Shown: positions 42,526 to 52,268 of the stretch, piece by piece | Position numbering within the stretch: the stretch's first letter is position 1 | Layout: each line of letters starts with the position of its first letter | Origin: Verrucomicrobiota bacterium | GTDB lineage: Bacteria; Verrucomicrobiota; Verrucomicrobiia; Limisphaerales; SXQI01 | Direction of reading: 5' to 3' | Assembly (NCBI GenBank): GCA_033762115.1 | Contig: JANRLX010000019.1 | Span: 1-64,000, forward strand | Length of the DNA: 64,000 bases | Position numbers and translations under genes: made by a program | Notes under the pieces: generated by a model | What the model was told of the DNA's origin: nothing | The model's database searches: none | What the model saw: the letters and a program-made list of their open reading frames with translations, nothing else

Positions 42526-42897
42526 ATGAAAATAGCGATTATTATCCTGTCCGATGCAAAAGGGGGAGATGAAGCATTAGGCCGTGTCTTCAACGGATTG
42601 GCAACAGCGCACGAGGCGCTCAAGGCCGGTGACGAGGTGGCCGTGGTTTTCAACGGGGCAGGCACCCGCTGGCCCGAGCAGCTAACAAAAATCTCTCATC
42701 CCGCCAACGCACTCTACAATTCAGTACGTGAATCAATCAGAGGAGCCTCCTGTGGTTGCGCCTCGGTTTTTGGAGCGACGGAAAGCGTGGAGGCGTGTGG
42801 TCTTCCATTGATCAAGGACATGGCCCTGGCCGGGACCCCCGGACTCGGCAGCATACGAAACTACCTGGCCAATGGCTGGCAAACATTACTGTTCTAA
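42526..42897 (+). CDS. DsrE-like protein
   Basis: 'RVFNGLATA..DEVAVVFNGAGTRW', 'ASCGCA' Cys motif. Confidence 0.8.
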   Translation: MKIAIIILSDAKGGDEALGRVFNGLATAHEALKAGDEVAVVFNGAGTRWPEQLTKISHPANALYNSVRESIRGASCGCASVFGATESVEACGLPLIKDMALAGTPGLGSIRNYLANGWQTLLF

Positions 42898-42913
42898 AAA
42901 ACAAAGGAATTTT

Positions 42914-43513
42914 ATGGCTGGCCGGTTCATGGAAATTGCGCTGACTGATTCAGTTCGTGCCGCCCAGGAACAATACTACGGGAAACCGCAACGGATTCCC
43001 GCCGCGGAAGCATCAGATCCCCTGACCGAGGATGAAATCCAGTTCATCAGACAAAGAGACAGTTTCTATATGGCTACAGTGAATGAAGAGGGATGGCCTT
43101 TTATTCAACATCGCGGAGGACAGGCCGGGTTCCTGAAAGTTATTTCACCAGGCTCACTGGCCTTTGCCGATTACAAAGGCAATCGACAGATGCTTTCGAC
43201 CGGGAACATTTCCAAGAATCCTAAAGTGTCCCTCTTTCTCATGGACTATCCCGGACGCACACGCTTGAAAATTATTGGAAAAGCCCGAGTCGTTGACATT
43301 CGAGACGAGCCGGACCTGACAGTTCAATTAGCCGAACCGGAGATGCGCTCGTTGGTGGAACGGGCATTTTTTATTGAGGTGGTTTCCTATGACTGGAATT
43401 GTCCCAAGTATATCACTCCACGTTATACAAGTTCAGAAATTGAAGAATTGATCTTGCCATTAAAACGCCGTATCACCGAGCTGGAAAACCTGTTGAGCAG
43501 GAAAAAATCATGA
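42914..43513 (+). CDS. Pyridoxamine 5'-phosphate oxidase-like FMN-binding protein
   Basis: '[19 protein letters not shown]', 'ADYKGNRQ', 'DWNCPKYI'. Confidence 0.88.
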   Translation: MAGRFMEIALTDSVRAAQEQYYGKPQRIPAAEASDPLTEDEIQFIRQRDSFYMATVNEEGWPFIQHRGGQAGFLKVISPGSLAFADYKGNRQMLSTGNISKNPKVSLFLMDYPGRTRLKIIGKARVVDIRDEPDLTVQLAEPEMRSLVERAFFIEVVSYDWNCPKYITPRYTSSEIEELILPLKRRITELENLLSRKKS

Positions 43514-43938
43514 GGAACCCCCGACCTCCATTGCCCCCTTTCAACGAAGAAACCGCCCGGCAAAAGGTCCAGGCAGCGGAAGATGCCTGGAACTCGCGCG
43601 ATCCTGAGCGAGTGGCCCTTGCCTACACGGAGGATACGCATTGGCGAAATCGCTCGGAGTTCATCAATGGGCGCGCGGAAGTGGTGGAATTCCTTCGCCG
43701 GAAGTGGGCCAAAGAACTTGACTACCGCTTGAAAAAGGAACTGTGGGCCTTCAACGCGACCCGGATTGCAGTGCGATTTGAGTATGAATGGCACGATCAC
43801 TCGGGACAATGGTTTCGGTCCTACGGAAATGAAAATTGGGAGTTCGATGAACTGGGTTATATGAAATTCCGTTTCGCCAGCATTAACGATCTGGCAATTC
43901 AGGAGATGGACCGGAAGCTTCGCTGGGAACGGAAGTAG
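43510..43938 (+). CDS. DUF1348 / SnoaL-like (NTF2 fold) protein
   Basis: 'RPPLPPF', '[10 protein letters not shown]', 'WRNRSEF', '[10 protein letters not shown]'. Confidence 0.9.
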   Translation: MRNPRPPLPPFNEETARQKVQAAEDAWNSRDPERVALAYTEDTHWRNRSEFINGRAEVVEFLRRKWAKELDYRLKKELWAFNATRIAVRFEYEWHDHSGQWFRSYGNENWEFDELGYMKFRFASINDLAIQEMDRKLRWERK

Positions 43939-44108
43939 CCTGACAGGTGGATTGCGCCTTCGACTCAGGCGCGTCCTCAAACTCGCTTTTAAATTTCATT
44001 GGTTCCACTGATCTGGGAAGTTCCCCGTTGACGCTGGAGGCGGGGTGTTTGAAATTGGCACCCGGAAGAACTTTATCCGTTTGCTGGTTTACTACTCCTT
44101 GAGTCTGT

Positions 44109-45383
44109 ATGGCCCAATTTTCTTACAAAGCGCGTCGCCGGTCTGGTGAAGTGGTTCAGGGGCTGCTGGAAGTGCCGGATCGTTCGGCGGCATTGCTGCA
44201 AATTGAGCGGCTTGGCCTCCTTCCTGTCGCCCTCGAAGCAGCCAAGGGGAGTGCCCTTGCAAAGGCGGAGAAAGCCGCCGCTCGTTCGGAGACTGCCGCA
44301 GGAGTCCTCCCACCTGCCCTGCGGGAATTGCTGACCCGTAAACGAAAGCCCAAATTACAGGAACTGGCGACCTTCACCCAACAGCTTTCCAATTTGCTCA
44401 AGGCCGGGATGCCCTTGACCGTGGCGCTCAACAGCATGACCCATCTTGGCAGCAAGGGGATTCCCATCGAGGTCAGCAAAAATTTAAAACAGGATGTCAT
44501 GGAAGGCCGGAGCCTTTCCGATGCCATGGCCAAGCAGCCAATCATATTTTCAGACCTTTACGTGAACATGGTGCGCGCCGGGGAGCAAAGCGGCGCCCTC
44601 GTTGAGGTGCTGCAACGACTTTCCAGCCATTTCGAGCGGTTTGCGGAGGTGCAGTCCAAGTTCATGTCCGCCTTAATTTATCCCGCTGTCGTGGCTTGCG
44701 TGGGAGTGGTCATTATTTTCTTTTTCATGACCGTGATGATGCCGAAATTCATGTCCATCTTTGAAGGAATGAAAGTCGGTTTGCCTGCCTCGACCCAGAT
44801 GCTGATGGATGCCAGCAACTTCTTCAAAAATTACTGGTGGGCAATGATCATCGTCGTCCTGACAATCATTGTCATGATGAAGCGGTATGCCAGCACCCCC
44901 GCCGGAAAGAGGAACATCGATAGTTGGAAAATGCGGGCACCGGTGATTGGAAAAGTGATGAAACTGAACCTTTACGGCCAGTTCGCCCGAACCCTCGGGG
45001 TGCTCCTCCAGAATGGGGTCCCGGTGCTCACCGCCTTGAAAATCACCGAGCAGATCATCCCCAACATCATCATCAAGGAAGCGATTGCGACCACCCGTGA
45101 CGCGGTGACGGACGGAAAAACCCTGGCGCAACCATTGGCCCGGAGCGGGGTGTTCCCTCAATTGATGATCGACCTCATCCGCATCGGTGAGGAAACCGGC
45201 GATGTTCCCGGTGCCTTGAACAACGTGGCTTCCACTTACGAAAACGAACTGAACATCGGCCTGCGGGTGCTCACAAACCTGATCGAGCCAGCCATGATCA
45301 TCGTGATGGCAATTGGAGTCGGCTTTCTCCTCTTCAGCGTGCTTTCAGCGATGTTTGCCATCACTTCGAACATTGGCGTTTAA
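44109..45383 (+). CDS. gspF: Type II secretion / pilus platform protein F
   Basis: 'FTQQLSNLLKAGMPL', 'MVRAGEQSG', 'IGEETG', two GspF repeats. Confidence 0.9.
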   Translation: MAQFSYKARRRSGEVVQGLLEVPDRSAALLQIERLGLLPVALEAAKGSALAKAEKAAARSETAAGVLPPALRELLTRKRKPKLQELATFTQQLSNLLKAGMPLTVALNSMTHLGSKGIPIEVSKNLKQDVMEGRSLSDAMAKQPIIFSDLYVNMVRAGEQSGALVEVLQRLSSHFERFAEVQSKFMSALIYPAVVACVGVVIIFFFMTVMMPKFMSIFEGMKVGLPASTQMLMDASNFFKNYWWAMIIVVLTIIVMMKRYASTPAGKRNIDSWKMRAPVIGKVMKLNLYGQFARTLGVLLQNGVPVLTALKITEQIIPNIIIKEAIATTRDAVTDGKTLAQPLARSGVFPQLMIDLIRIGEETGDVPGALNNVASTYENELNIGLRVLTNLIEPAMIIVMAIGVGFLLFSVLSAMFAITSNIGV

Positions 45384-45388
45384 TTTCT

Positions 45389-45952
45389 GTGAACCTGGAA
45401 TCACCATCCGTCATTCGCTGCCCGGCCTGGGGATTTACCCTGGTGGAAGTAATGATCGTGGTTGCGTTGCTTGGAATCGTCCTGGCCACTGGCCTGCCAG
45501 GCATCGGCCGGATGTTGAGCAAGGATCAATTGACCACCGCCGTGCGGGACACGGTGGAAGGTTGCAAGCTTGCCCGTGACCGCGCCATTCTCCAGGGGAA
45601 ACGCTACCAGTTTGTTGTCCGCCAATCCGGCGAACTTTTTATCCAGGAAGCTCCTGAGGTCACTGTCGCCTTGTCCGAAGGACAAAGCCTCGAATCAATG
45701 GAAGAAAAACCGGTGGCCGAGACCTCTTCCGGCACATTGATGAGCGGCTTTCCACGAAAACTTGGGGAGGATGTCGCGATCCAGTTGATTGATGTCAATT
45801 TTATCGACCACATGGAACGGCCCGAAGCCAGGGTTACATTTTATCCGAACGGCACCAGCGACGAGTTTACTGTTGTTTATGCAGGTAAAGGGGGGCAGCG
45901 GCAAGTCACTGTGGATATCATCACCGGCATCGCGGATGAGGTGACACAATGA
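45389..45952 (+). CDS. Minor pseudopilin H-like
   Basis: G|FTLVEVMIV prepilin motif; 'FYPNGT'. Confidence 0.8.
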   Translation: MNLESPSVIRCPAWGFTLVEVMIVVALLGIVLATGLPGIGRMLSKDQLTTAVRDTVEGCKLARDRAILQGKRYQFVVRQSGELFIQEAPEVTVALSEGQSLESMEEKPVAETSSGTLMSGFPRKLGEDVAIQLIDVNFIDHMERPEARVTFYPNGTSDEFTVVYAGKGGQRQVTVDIITGIADEVTQ

Positions 45953-46374
45953 TTTTCCAGCTACAGAATCGGAAACAGCAAAGCGCCTTCACCCTGTTGG
46001 AAGTGGCGATTGCCATGGGAATTTTTTTTACCGCCATCTTCGCCATCCTCGACCTCACCTCGCAAAGCATCCGGGCGGCAAGGAATCTTCAGCCCACGGT
46101 GATTGACGCCACCACGCTCGCTGCTGAATTGTCGATTACCAACCGCCTGACAGAAGGGCCGATCCCAATCGAGATCGTCCGCAATTTCGAGCTCATGCAC
46201 CCTGGCTTCACCTGTTCAGGAAATATCACGGAACGCGCCACCAATGGATTGTTCCAGGTCGACTTCCTGATTACAGGGGTTAACGCAAATCAAAAAGCAA
46301 TCGAGTCCCAGGCCAGCATTTTGCTTTTTCGGCCCTTGTCCCAGCCATCGCAAATGGGAGGGCTTCGACGATGA
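45949..46374 (+). CDS. Minor pseudopilin I-like
   Basis: A|FTLLEVAIA prepilin motif. Confidence 0.78.
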   Translation: MIFQLQNRKQQSAFTLLEVAIAMGIFFTAIFAILDLTSQSIRAARNLQPTVIDATTLAAELSITNRLTEGPIPIEIVRNFELMHPGFTCSGNITERATNGLFQVDFLITGVNANQKAIESQASILLFRPLSQPSQMGGLRR

Positions 46375-47255
46375 AAATCAGCCGTGCCCGTTCCTGTGCT
46401 GCCTTCACTATTATCGAGATCATGGTGGCGATCGGGATTTTCAGCATGGTCATCGCCGCGATCTATTCCAGCTGGACCGCCATTTTACGTGGCTCCCGCA
46501 GCGGGTTGAGTGCAGCGGCTGACGTGCAACGCACGCGGGTAGCCCTTCGCGCATTGGAGGAGGCGCTTGGGTCCGCCATTCTCTATGCCGACAATTCAAA
46601 ATATTACAGCTTCTTTGCGGATACTTCCGGCGAAACCGCCGCCTTGAGTTTTGTGGCGCGCCTCCCGGCTTCCTTTCCCGGCAGCGGATTGTTTCAGGGA
46701 CAATCGTTGCGGAGGGTTTCATTTTACGTGGAGAATGGGCAGTTCATGCTCGCGCAATCACCAGTGCTGGAAGCGACCGAACTTTTGGGAAAACCGTACA
46801 CGATTGTGCTAAGCACAAACACGCGGGTGTTTGCCGCGGAATTTTACGACATTCGCACCAATGATTGGTCTGCCGAATGGCTCTACACCAATCAGGTTCC
46901 CAAACTGATGCGGGTGGCAGTGGGATTTGGGTCGGCCCAGGCCACGGCACAACAAGTCGCCAGCCAGACAACCATGCGAACAATTGAGATCGCCGGGACC
47001 GCCATCAGCCGCGCAGGAGCAGGACAGGCACAACGAACAGCGGGCGGAACACGCGGGGGCGCACGCAACCGCCGCAGCAATATGCAGGGGCAGGATTACC
47101 AGCCGGGTGGGTTGGATGATCCCGGTGCCATCGGTTCAGGCCAGGGCTGGAACACTCCCATGCCTTCCGGACTACAGCAGGGTTTCGGGAGAAATCGCGA
47201 ACGCGGAAATGCTCCGCGTTCCCGCAATTCCGTTTTCCCAGGGGGCAATCGATGA
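46371..47255 (+). CDS. Minor pseudopilin J-like with Gly/Arg-rich C-terminal tail
   Basis: A|FTIIEIMVA prepilin motif; 'W...VPKLMRV'. Confidence 0.78.
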   Translation: MKISRARSCAAFTIIEIMVAIGIFSMVIAAIYSSWTAILRGSRSGLSAAADVQRTRVALRALEEALGSAILYADNSKYYSFFADTSGETAALSFVARLPASFPGSGLFQGQSLRRVSFYVENGQFMLAQSPVLEATELLGKPYTIVLSTNTRVFAAEFYDIRTNDWSAEWLYTNQVPKLMRVAVGFGSAQATAQQVASQTTMRTIEIAGTAISRAGAGQAQRTAGGTRGGARNRRSNMQGQDYQPGGLDDPGAIGSGQGWNTPMPSGLQQGFGRNRERGNAPRSRNSVFPGGNR

Positions 47256-48355
47256 AAATCCTCCACCGCTCAGGCAGGGATGGCATTGCCTTGATCATCG
47301 TCATGATCGTGATCGTGGTACTGGGCATTCTCGCCGGTGGATTTGCCTATTCCATGAAGGTGGAAACCAAGCTTGCCCGCAACAGCACATATGAAGCGGA
47401 CCTGGAATTGTTGGGCCGTTCTGGAGTGGAGTTTGCAAAATACATTCTTGGCCAGCAACTCGCCATCCCACAGGAAGGCGCTTACACCGCCCTGAACCAG
47501 GTCTGGGCAGGTGGCTACAGCACCAACGAGCTGCTCTCATGGATCACCCTGGAAGATAATGAACTCGGGATAGGCAAATTCTCTCTCAAGATGATCGATA
47601 TGGAGCGCAGATACAACCTCGTTGCCGTCAGCGAGGCCAATATCTATCCACTGCAACAGGCGCTGGACTTGATCGGTGTGGAGCAGGCGGACATTTCGAC
47701 AATTGTCGATTCCTACCTCGATTGGATTGATCCCGATGAGAATCCGCGCGTCATGGGTGCGGAAAGTTCGGATTACCTCGCCCTGGACCCCCGCACTCCC
47801 TACTATTCCAAAAATGGCGCGATCGATGATTTGAGCGAACTGCTCCTGATTCGCGGCATCACCCCGGAAATTTATTATGGCTCGGCCCGGACCGGTTTGG
47901 CCAATGCCGAGGAGCAGCCGCGCCGAGGCACTTCCGCATTCCTGCAAGGGAGTTTGCAGAGCGGGCCCATTTCAGTGGGATTGGTCGATCTGTTCACCCC
48001 CATTTCCGGCGCAGGCACAGGTATCAACATCAACACCGCCACCCTCGAGGCATTGCAACTGGTGCCGGGAATCGACGCCGGCCTCGCTCAGGGGATCATC
48101 GACACGCGTAACGGCACGGACAACGTGGATGGCACAGAGGATGACACTCCATTCCTGAATGTGGGAGAGCTGATCAATGTGCCGGGCATGGCTCCTGAAA
48201 TTATCAGCTCCGTCCAGGGGGCATTTGTTGTCCAGAGCGTGATTTTTGAAGTGACCGTCCGCGCCCAGATCGGTGATGTGGTGCGGGAATTCACTGCCCT
48301 CGTGCAACGCCGGAACAGGCAGGACATCACCACCCTTTATTTCCATTGGAAATAA
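47252..48355 (+). CDS. gspK: Type II secretion protein K
   Basis: G|IALIIV (no Glu5), 'LDWIDPD', 'ELLLIRGITPE', 'ININTA'. Confidence 0.88.
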   Translation: MKILHRSGRDGIALIIVMIVIVVLGILAGGFAYSMKVETKLARNSTYEADLELLGRSGVEFAKYILGQQLAIPQEGAYTALNQVWAGGYSTNELLSWITLEDNELGIGKFSLKMIDMERRYNLVAVSEANIYPLQQALDLIGVEQADISTIVDSYLDWIDPDENPRVMGAESSDYLALDPRTPYYSKNGAIDDLSELLLIRGITPEIYYGSARTGLANAEEQPRRGTSAFLQGSLQSGPISVGLVDLFTPISGAGTGININTATLEALQLVPGIDAGLAQGIIDTRNGTDNVDGTEDDTPFLNVGELINVPGMAPEIISSVQGAFVVQSVIFEVTVRAQIGDVVREFTALVQRRNRQDITTLYFHWK

Positions 48356-48441
48356 GTCGGCACCCGCTGTGAATAAGTTTCGTTGAATCGACCGGCTCTC
48401 TCCTTGCCTTGCCTTCTTCTGGATCGCACCATTTCACCAAA

Positions 48442-51400
48442 ATGATGTCGCATGCCGAGTTTGTTCATCTCCATCTCCATACGGAATATTCCCTGCTCGA
48501 TGGGGCCTGCCGTCTGGACAAGCTGATGGATCGTGCTCATGCCTTGAAATTTCCTTCACTGGCCATTACCGACCACGGGGTCCTTTACGGCGCCATTGAT
48601 TTTTACCAGGCCGCGCGCAACAAAGGAATCAAGCCCATTATCGGCTGCGAAGTTTATGTCGCTCCCGGAAGCCGCCTGGAAAAAAAGAGCAGCAGCGGCG
48701 GCAAGGACGTTTATAATCACCTCGTGCTCCTGGCAAAGGATGAGCAGGGTTATCGCAACCTGACCAAGCTCGTTTCTGACGCCCATTTGCGCGGCTATTA
48801 TTACAAGCCGCGCATCGACAAGGAAATCCTCACCCGGCACAAGGAAGGATTGATCGCGCTCTCCGGTTGTCTTGCCAGCGAAATTCCAGACGCGATCCAG
48901 CGGGACGATCTGCAAAAAGCCCGTGATTCAATCGATTGGTTCAAGCAGACCTTCGGTCCTGAAAATTTTTACCTGGAGTTGCAGAACCATACGATTGCGG
49001 AGCAGGCCAAGGTGAACCGCCATCTGATCCCCTGGGCACGGGAGTTCGGTTTGAAACTGGTTGCCACCAACGATGTTCATTACGTGGAACGGCAGCATTC
49101 CCATGCCCATGACTGCCTCATCTGCATCGGGACACAGACCCAGTTGAGCGACCCGAAACGCATGCGATATGTGCCGGAACAATTTTATTTGCGTTCGGCG
49201 GAGGAAATGAAATCTCTCTTTGCAGAGATTCCGGAAGCAATTCAGAACACGCTTGAAGTCGCCGAAAAATGCAATGTCGAGGTCGAGTTCGGCAAGTTGC
49301 ATTACCCGGTTTTTTCTCCTCCCGAAACTTTCACTCGCGAAGGCTACCTTCGCCTGCTTCTGGCTGAAGGATTACGCAAGCGGTTCGGCCTTTCAGTCAC
49401 GGCTTCCGGGGATGAGTTCCTGATTGAGTCGATTGAGAATGCCTGGAGGTTGCCCACCTACAGGCTTGCGGAGCAGGAACGCAATCCCGGCGCGGCACGC
49501 GAGCCGGTTGCCGATCTCAGCAATCCAGAAGTGGCGGATGCAATCAAGGTCGTGCTGGACCGGTTGCAGATGGAACTCAAGGTCATCGAAAAAACCGGTT
49601 TTATCAGCTATTTCCTGATCGTCGGCGATTTTGTCCGCTACGGGCGTGAAAAAGGAATTTCCTGTGTGGCCCGTGGCTCAGCCGCTGGTTCGCTCGTGAC
49701 TTATCTGCTTGAAATTTCAAACGTTGACCCGATCCGTTACGGCCTGCTTTTCGAACGTTTCCTCAATCCCGAACGTGTCAATCCTCCGGATATTGATATC
49801 GACTTTGCCGATGACCGCCGTGCTGACGTGATCGAGTACGTGCGTGAAAAGTACGGGCGTGATTCCGTCGCCCAGATCATCACCTTCGGCACCATGGGCG
49901 CAAAGTCGGTCATTCGCGACGTAGGCCGTGTCATGGGGCTCAGTTTCGGGGAGGTGGACCGCCTCGCAAAAATGGTCCCCAACGATCTCAAGATGGACCT
50001 GAAAAGGGCCCTTCAGCAATCACCCGACCTCAAGGCCGCTTACGAAACCGAGGAAGTCACCCGCGAGTTGATGGATACCGCCTTTGTCCTCGAGGACATC
50101 ACCCGCAATGCCTCCGTCCATGCGGCTGGCGTGGTGATTGGTGATCAACCGCTTGATAATCTTCTCCCACTGAAGCAGGACGATGACGGCGTGATCGTGA
50201 CGCAGTATGCGATGAATCCAGTCGGTGAATTGGGCCTCCTCAAAATGGATTTTCTCGGGCTCAAAACATTGACCGTCATCCGAAACACCTGCGAAATGGT
50301 CAAACGCACCAAGGGGATCGAAATCCCTATTGATGACCTGCCGCTCGATGACCCGAAAAGTTACGATCTGCTCAACAAGGCCAATACCATCGGGGTCTTC
50401 CAGTTGGAATCTGGCGGGATGCGTGATCTTTGCCGCAAGTTCCAGATCAGTTCAGTCGAGCATATCACCGCGTTGATTGCGCTCTATCGTCCCGGCCCGA
50501 TGGATCTCATTCCCGAATTCATCAAACGCCGCCATGGCGAGGTGAAAATTGAATATCCTCACCCCCTCCTCGAGCCCATTTGTCGCGAAACCTACGGCAT
50601 CATGGTTTATCAGGAACAGGTCATGCAGGCTGCACAGGCCCTTGCTGGCTACACCCTTGGCGGCGCGGACCTCCTTCGCCGTGCCATGGGAAAAAAGAAG
50701 GTCGAGGAGATGCAAAAACAGCGGGAAAAATTTGTCTCCGGTGCGGCCAAAGTCAACCAGATCCCTCCAGCCCAGGCGAACCAGATATTCGACCTCCTCG
50801 AAAAATTTGCCGGTTACGGCTTCAATAAGTCCCACGCTGCTGCCTATGCCATCGTTGCCTATCAAACTGCCTACCTGAAAGCCAACTACCCCGTCGAGTT
50901 CCTCTCCGCCATGTTGACCAACGACATGAACGATACCGGGAAAATGGCCGTTCTGATTGAGGAAGCCCGGGTCTTTGGCGTGGAAGTGCTTGCTCCCGAC
51001 ATTAATGAGTCCGAAGTAGTGTTTGCTCCCGCCCGCGAGGGAACAGTCATCCGGTTTGGTCTGGCCGCGATCAAAGGGGTTGGTGAAATTGCCGTTGCCA
51101 GTATCCTCAAGGCCCGGACTGAAGGAGGAAAATTCAAATCCCTCGCCGAATTATGCGAGCGGGTCGATGGCCGCACGGTTAATCGCAAAGTCCTGGAGGC
51201 CTTGATCAAGAGCGGTGCCTGCGATTGCCTGGGGGAAACCCGTGCCACACTCTTTGCGCAGATTGACCGCGCGCTTTCTCGTGCCGCTTCCCTTGCCCTG
51301 GACCGTGAACGGGGGCAACCTTCCCTTTTTGGCGCTGCCGACCCCTCTTCACCCACCGGGCCAGAAGCGCTGGTACGTCTCCCGGAATGGCCCCAAAGCG

Positions 51401-52104
51401 AACTGCTTGCTGCGGAAAAGGAACTGCTCGGTTTTTATGTCACGGGACATCCCCTCACTCCTCACCTTCCCATTCTGAAAAAATATGCCCTGGCCACCAC
51501 GGCCACTGCCGCGCAGTTGCCGAATCGCACCATTACCCGGATTGGTGGGCTTGTGGCCGCTGTCCAGCAGGGGATTTCCAAAAAATCCAACAAACCATAC
51601 GCCATGCTGACGCTGGAGGATTTGGAAGGCACCGTCCAAATCCTTTGCATGAATGAAAATTTCGATAAATACCGGGAACTGTTTGTTCCCGGCACCCCCA
51701 TCCTTGTCATTGGCGAAGTCCTGAACGGGGAAGAAAAGCCAAAAATTTTTCCCCAGGAACTCATGTTGCTGGATGAAGCGCCCAAAAAATTTACCAGGCA
51801 GGTCCACTTTCGCCTCCACACCGCACACCTGACCCCTGACTCACTCGAGGCCGTTCGGGATGTCGCCCTGGCAAATCCCGGCAAATGCCCTCTTTTCCTT
51901 TGCTTCCGCACCCCCACCGGCCCGGTCATTTTTGTTGAGACCCATGAACGTTATTCCGTGACACCTACCCGGCAACTGGCTGAAACAATCGATCAACTCT
52001 TTGGCGAGGAAACCTATTACGCCAAGGTGGACACCTCCCTGCCGGAACGAGCCATGAAACCGTGGGAAAGAAAGAGTAATAATGGCTCTGCCAGCGAGGA
52101 TTAG
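48442..52104 (+). CDS. dnaE: DNA polymerase III alpha subunit
   Basis: [49 protein letters not shown] fold. Confidence 0.97.
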   Translation: MMSHAEFVHLHLHTEYSLLDGACRLDKLMDRAHALKFPSLAITDHGVLYGAIDFYQAARNKGIKPIIGCEVYVAPGSRLEKKSSSGGKDVYNHLVLLAKDEQGYRNLTKLVSDAHLRGYYYKPRIDKEILTRHKEGLIALSGCLASEIPDAIQRDDLQKARDSIDWFKQTFGPENFYLELQNHTIAEQAKVNRHLIPWAREFGLKLVATNDVHYVERQHSHAHDCLICIGTQTQLSDPKRMRYVPEQFYLRSAEEMKSLFAEIPEAIQNTLEVAEKCNVEVEFGKLHYPVFSPPETFTREGYLRLLLAEGLRKRFGLSVTASGDEFLIESIENAWRLPTYRLAEQERNPGAAREPVADLSNPEVADAIKVVLDRLQMELKVIEKTGFISYFLIVGDFVRYGREKGISCVARGSAAGSLVTYLLEISNVDPIRYGLLFERFLNPERVNPPDIDIDFADDRRADVIEYVREKYGRDSVAQIITFGTMGAKSVIRDVGRVMGLSFGEVDRLAKMVPNDLKMDLKRALQQSPDLKAAYETEEVTRELMDTAFVLEDITRNASVHAAGVVIGDQPLDNLLPLKQDDDGVIVTQYAMNPVGELGLLKMDFLGLKTLTVIRNTCEMVKRTKGIEIPIDDLPLDDPKSYDLLNKANTIGVFQLESGGMRDLCRKFQISSVEHITALIALYRPGPMDLIPEFIKRRHGEVKIEYPHPLLEPICRETYGIMVYQEQVMQAAQALAGYTLGGADLLRRAMGKKKVEEMQKQREKFVSGAAKVNQIPPAQANQIFDLLEKFAGYGFNKSHAAAYAIVAYQTAYLKANYPVEFLSAMLTNDMNDTGKMAVLIEEARVFGVEVLAPDINESEVVFAPAREGTVIRFGLAAIKGVGEIAVASILKARTEGGKFKSLAELCERVDGRTVNRKVLEALIKSGACDCLGETRATLFAQIDRALSRAASLALDRERGQPSLFGAADPSSPTGPEALVRLPEWPQSELLAAEKELLGFYVTGHPLTPHLPILKKYALATTATAAQLPNRTITRIGGLVAAVQQGISKKSNKPYAMLTLEDLEGTVQILCMNENFDKYRELFVPGTPILVIGEVLNGEEKPKIFPQELMLLDEAPKKFTRQVHFRLHTAHLTPDSLEAVRDVALANPGKCPLFLCFRTPTGPVIFVETHERYSVTPTRQLAETIDQLFGEETYYAKVDTSLPERAMKPWERKSNNGSASED

Positions 52105-52268
52105 CCAGATGAGCTAATTTGTCTCTCACAAAACCGGGCTTTGACTTCCCAAATTTTTTTGGACAAGTTCTGGCTCTTGAACGACAGATTGGCGATTACA
52201 GGACAACTGTCCTTATCGCGGGTGAACGCCTCACCCGCCTTGCATTCGCTGACTTAAAATGATTGATC

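Noticed and set aside
49387..49555. Intein in dnaE
   Set aside because: Too short and lacks the Cys/Ser start and His-Asn end.
52200..52238. Two small hairpins upstream of topB as a riboswitch or ncRNA
   Set aside because: Short stems (aggaca-ac-tgtcct; gcgggtga-acgcc-tcacccgc) with no recognisable family motif.
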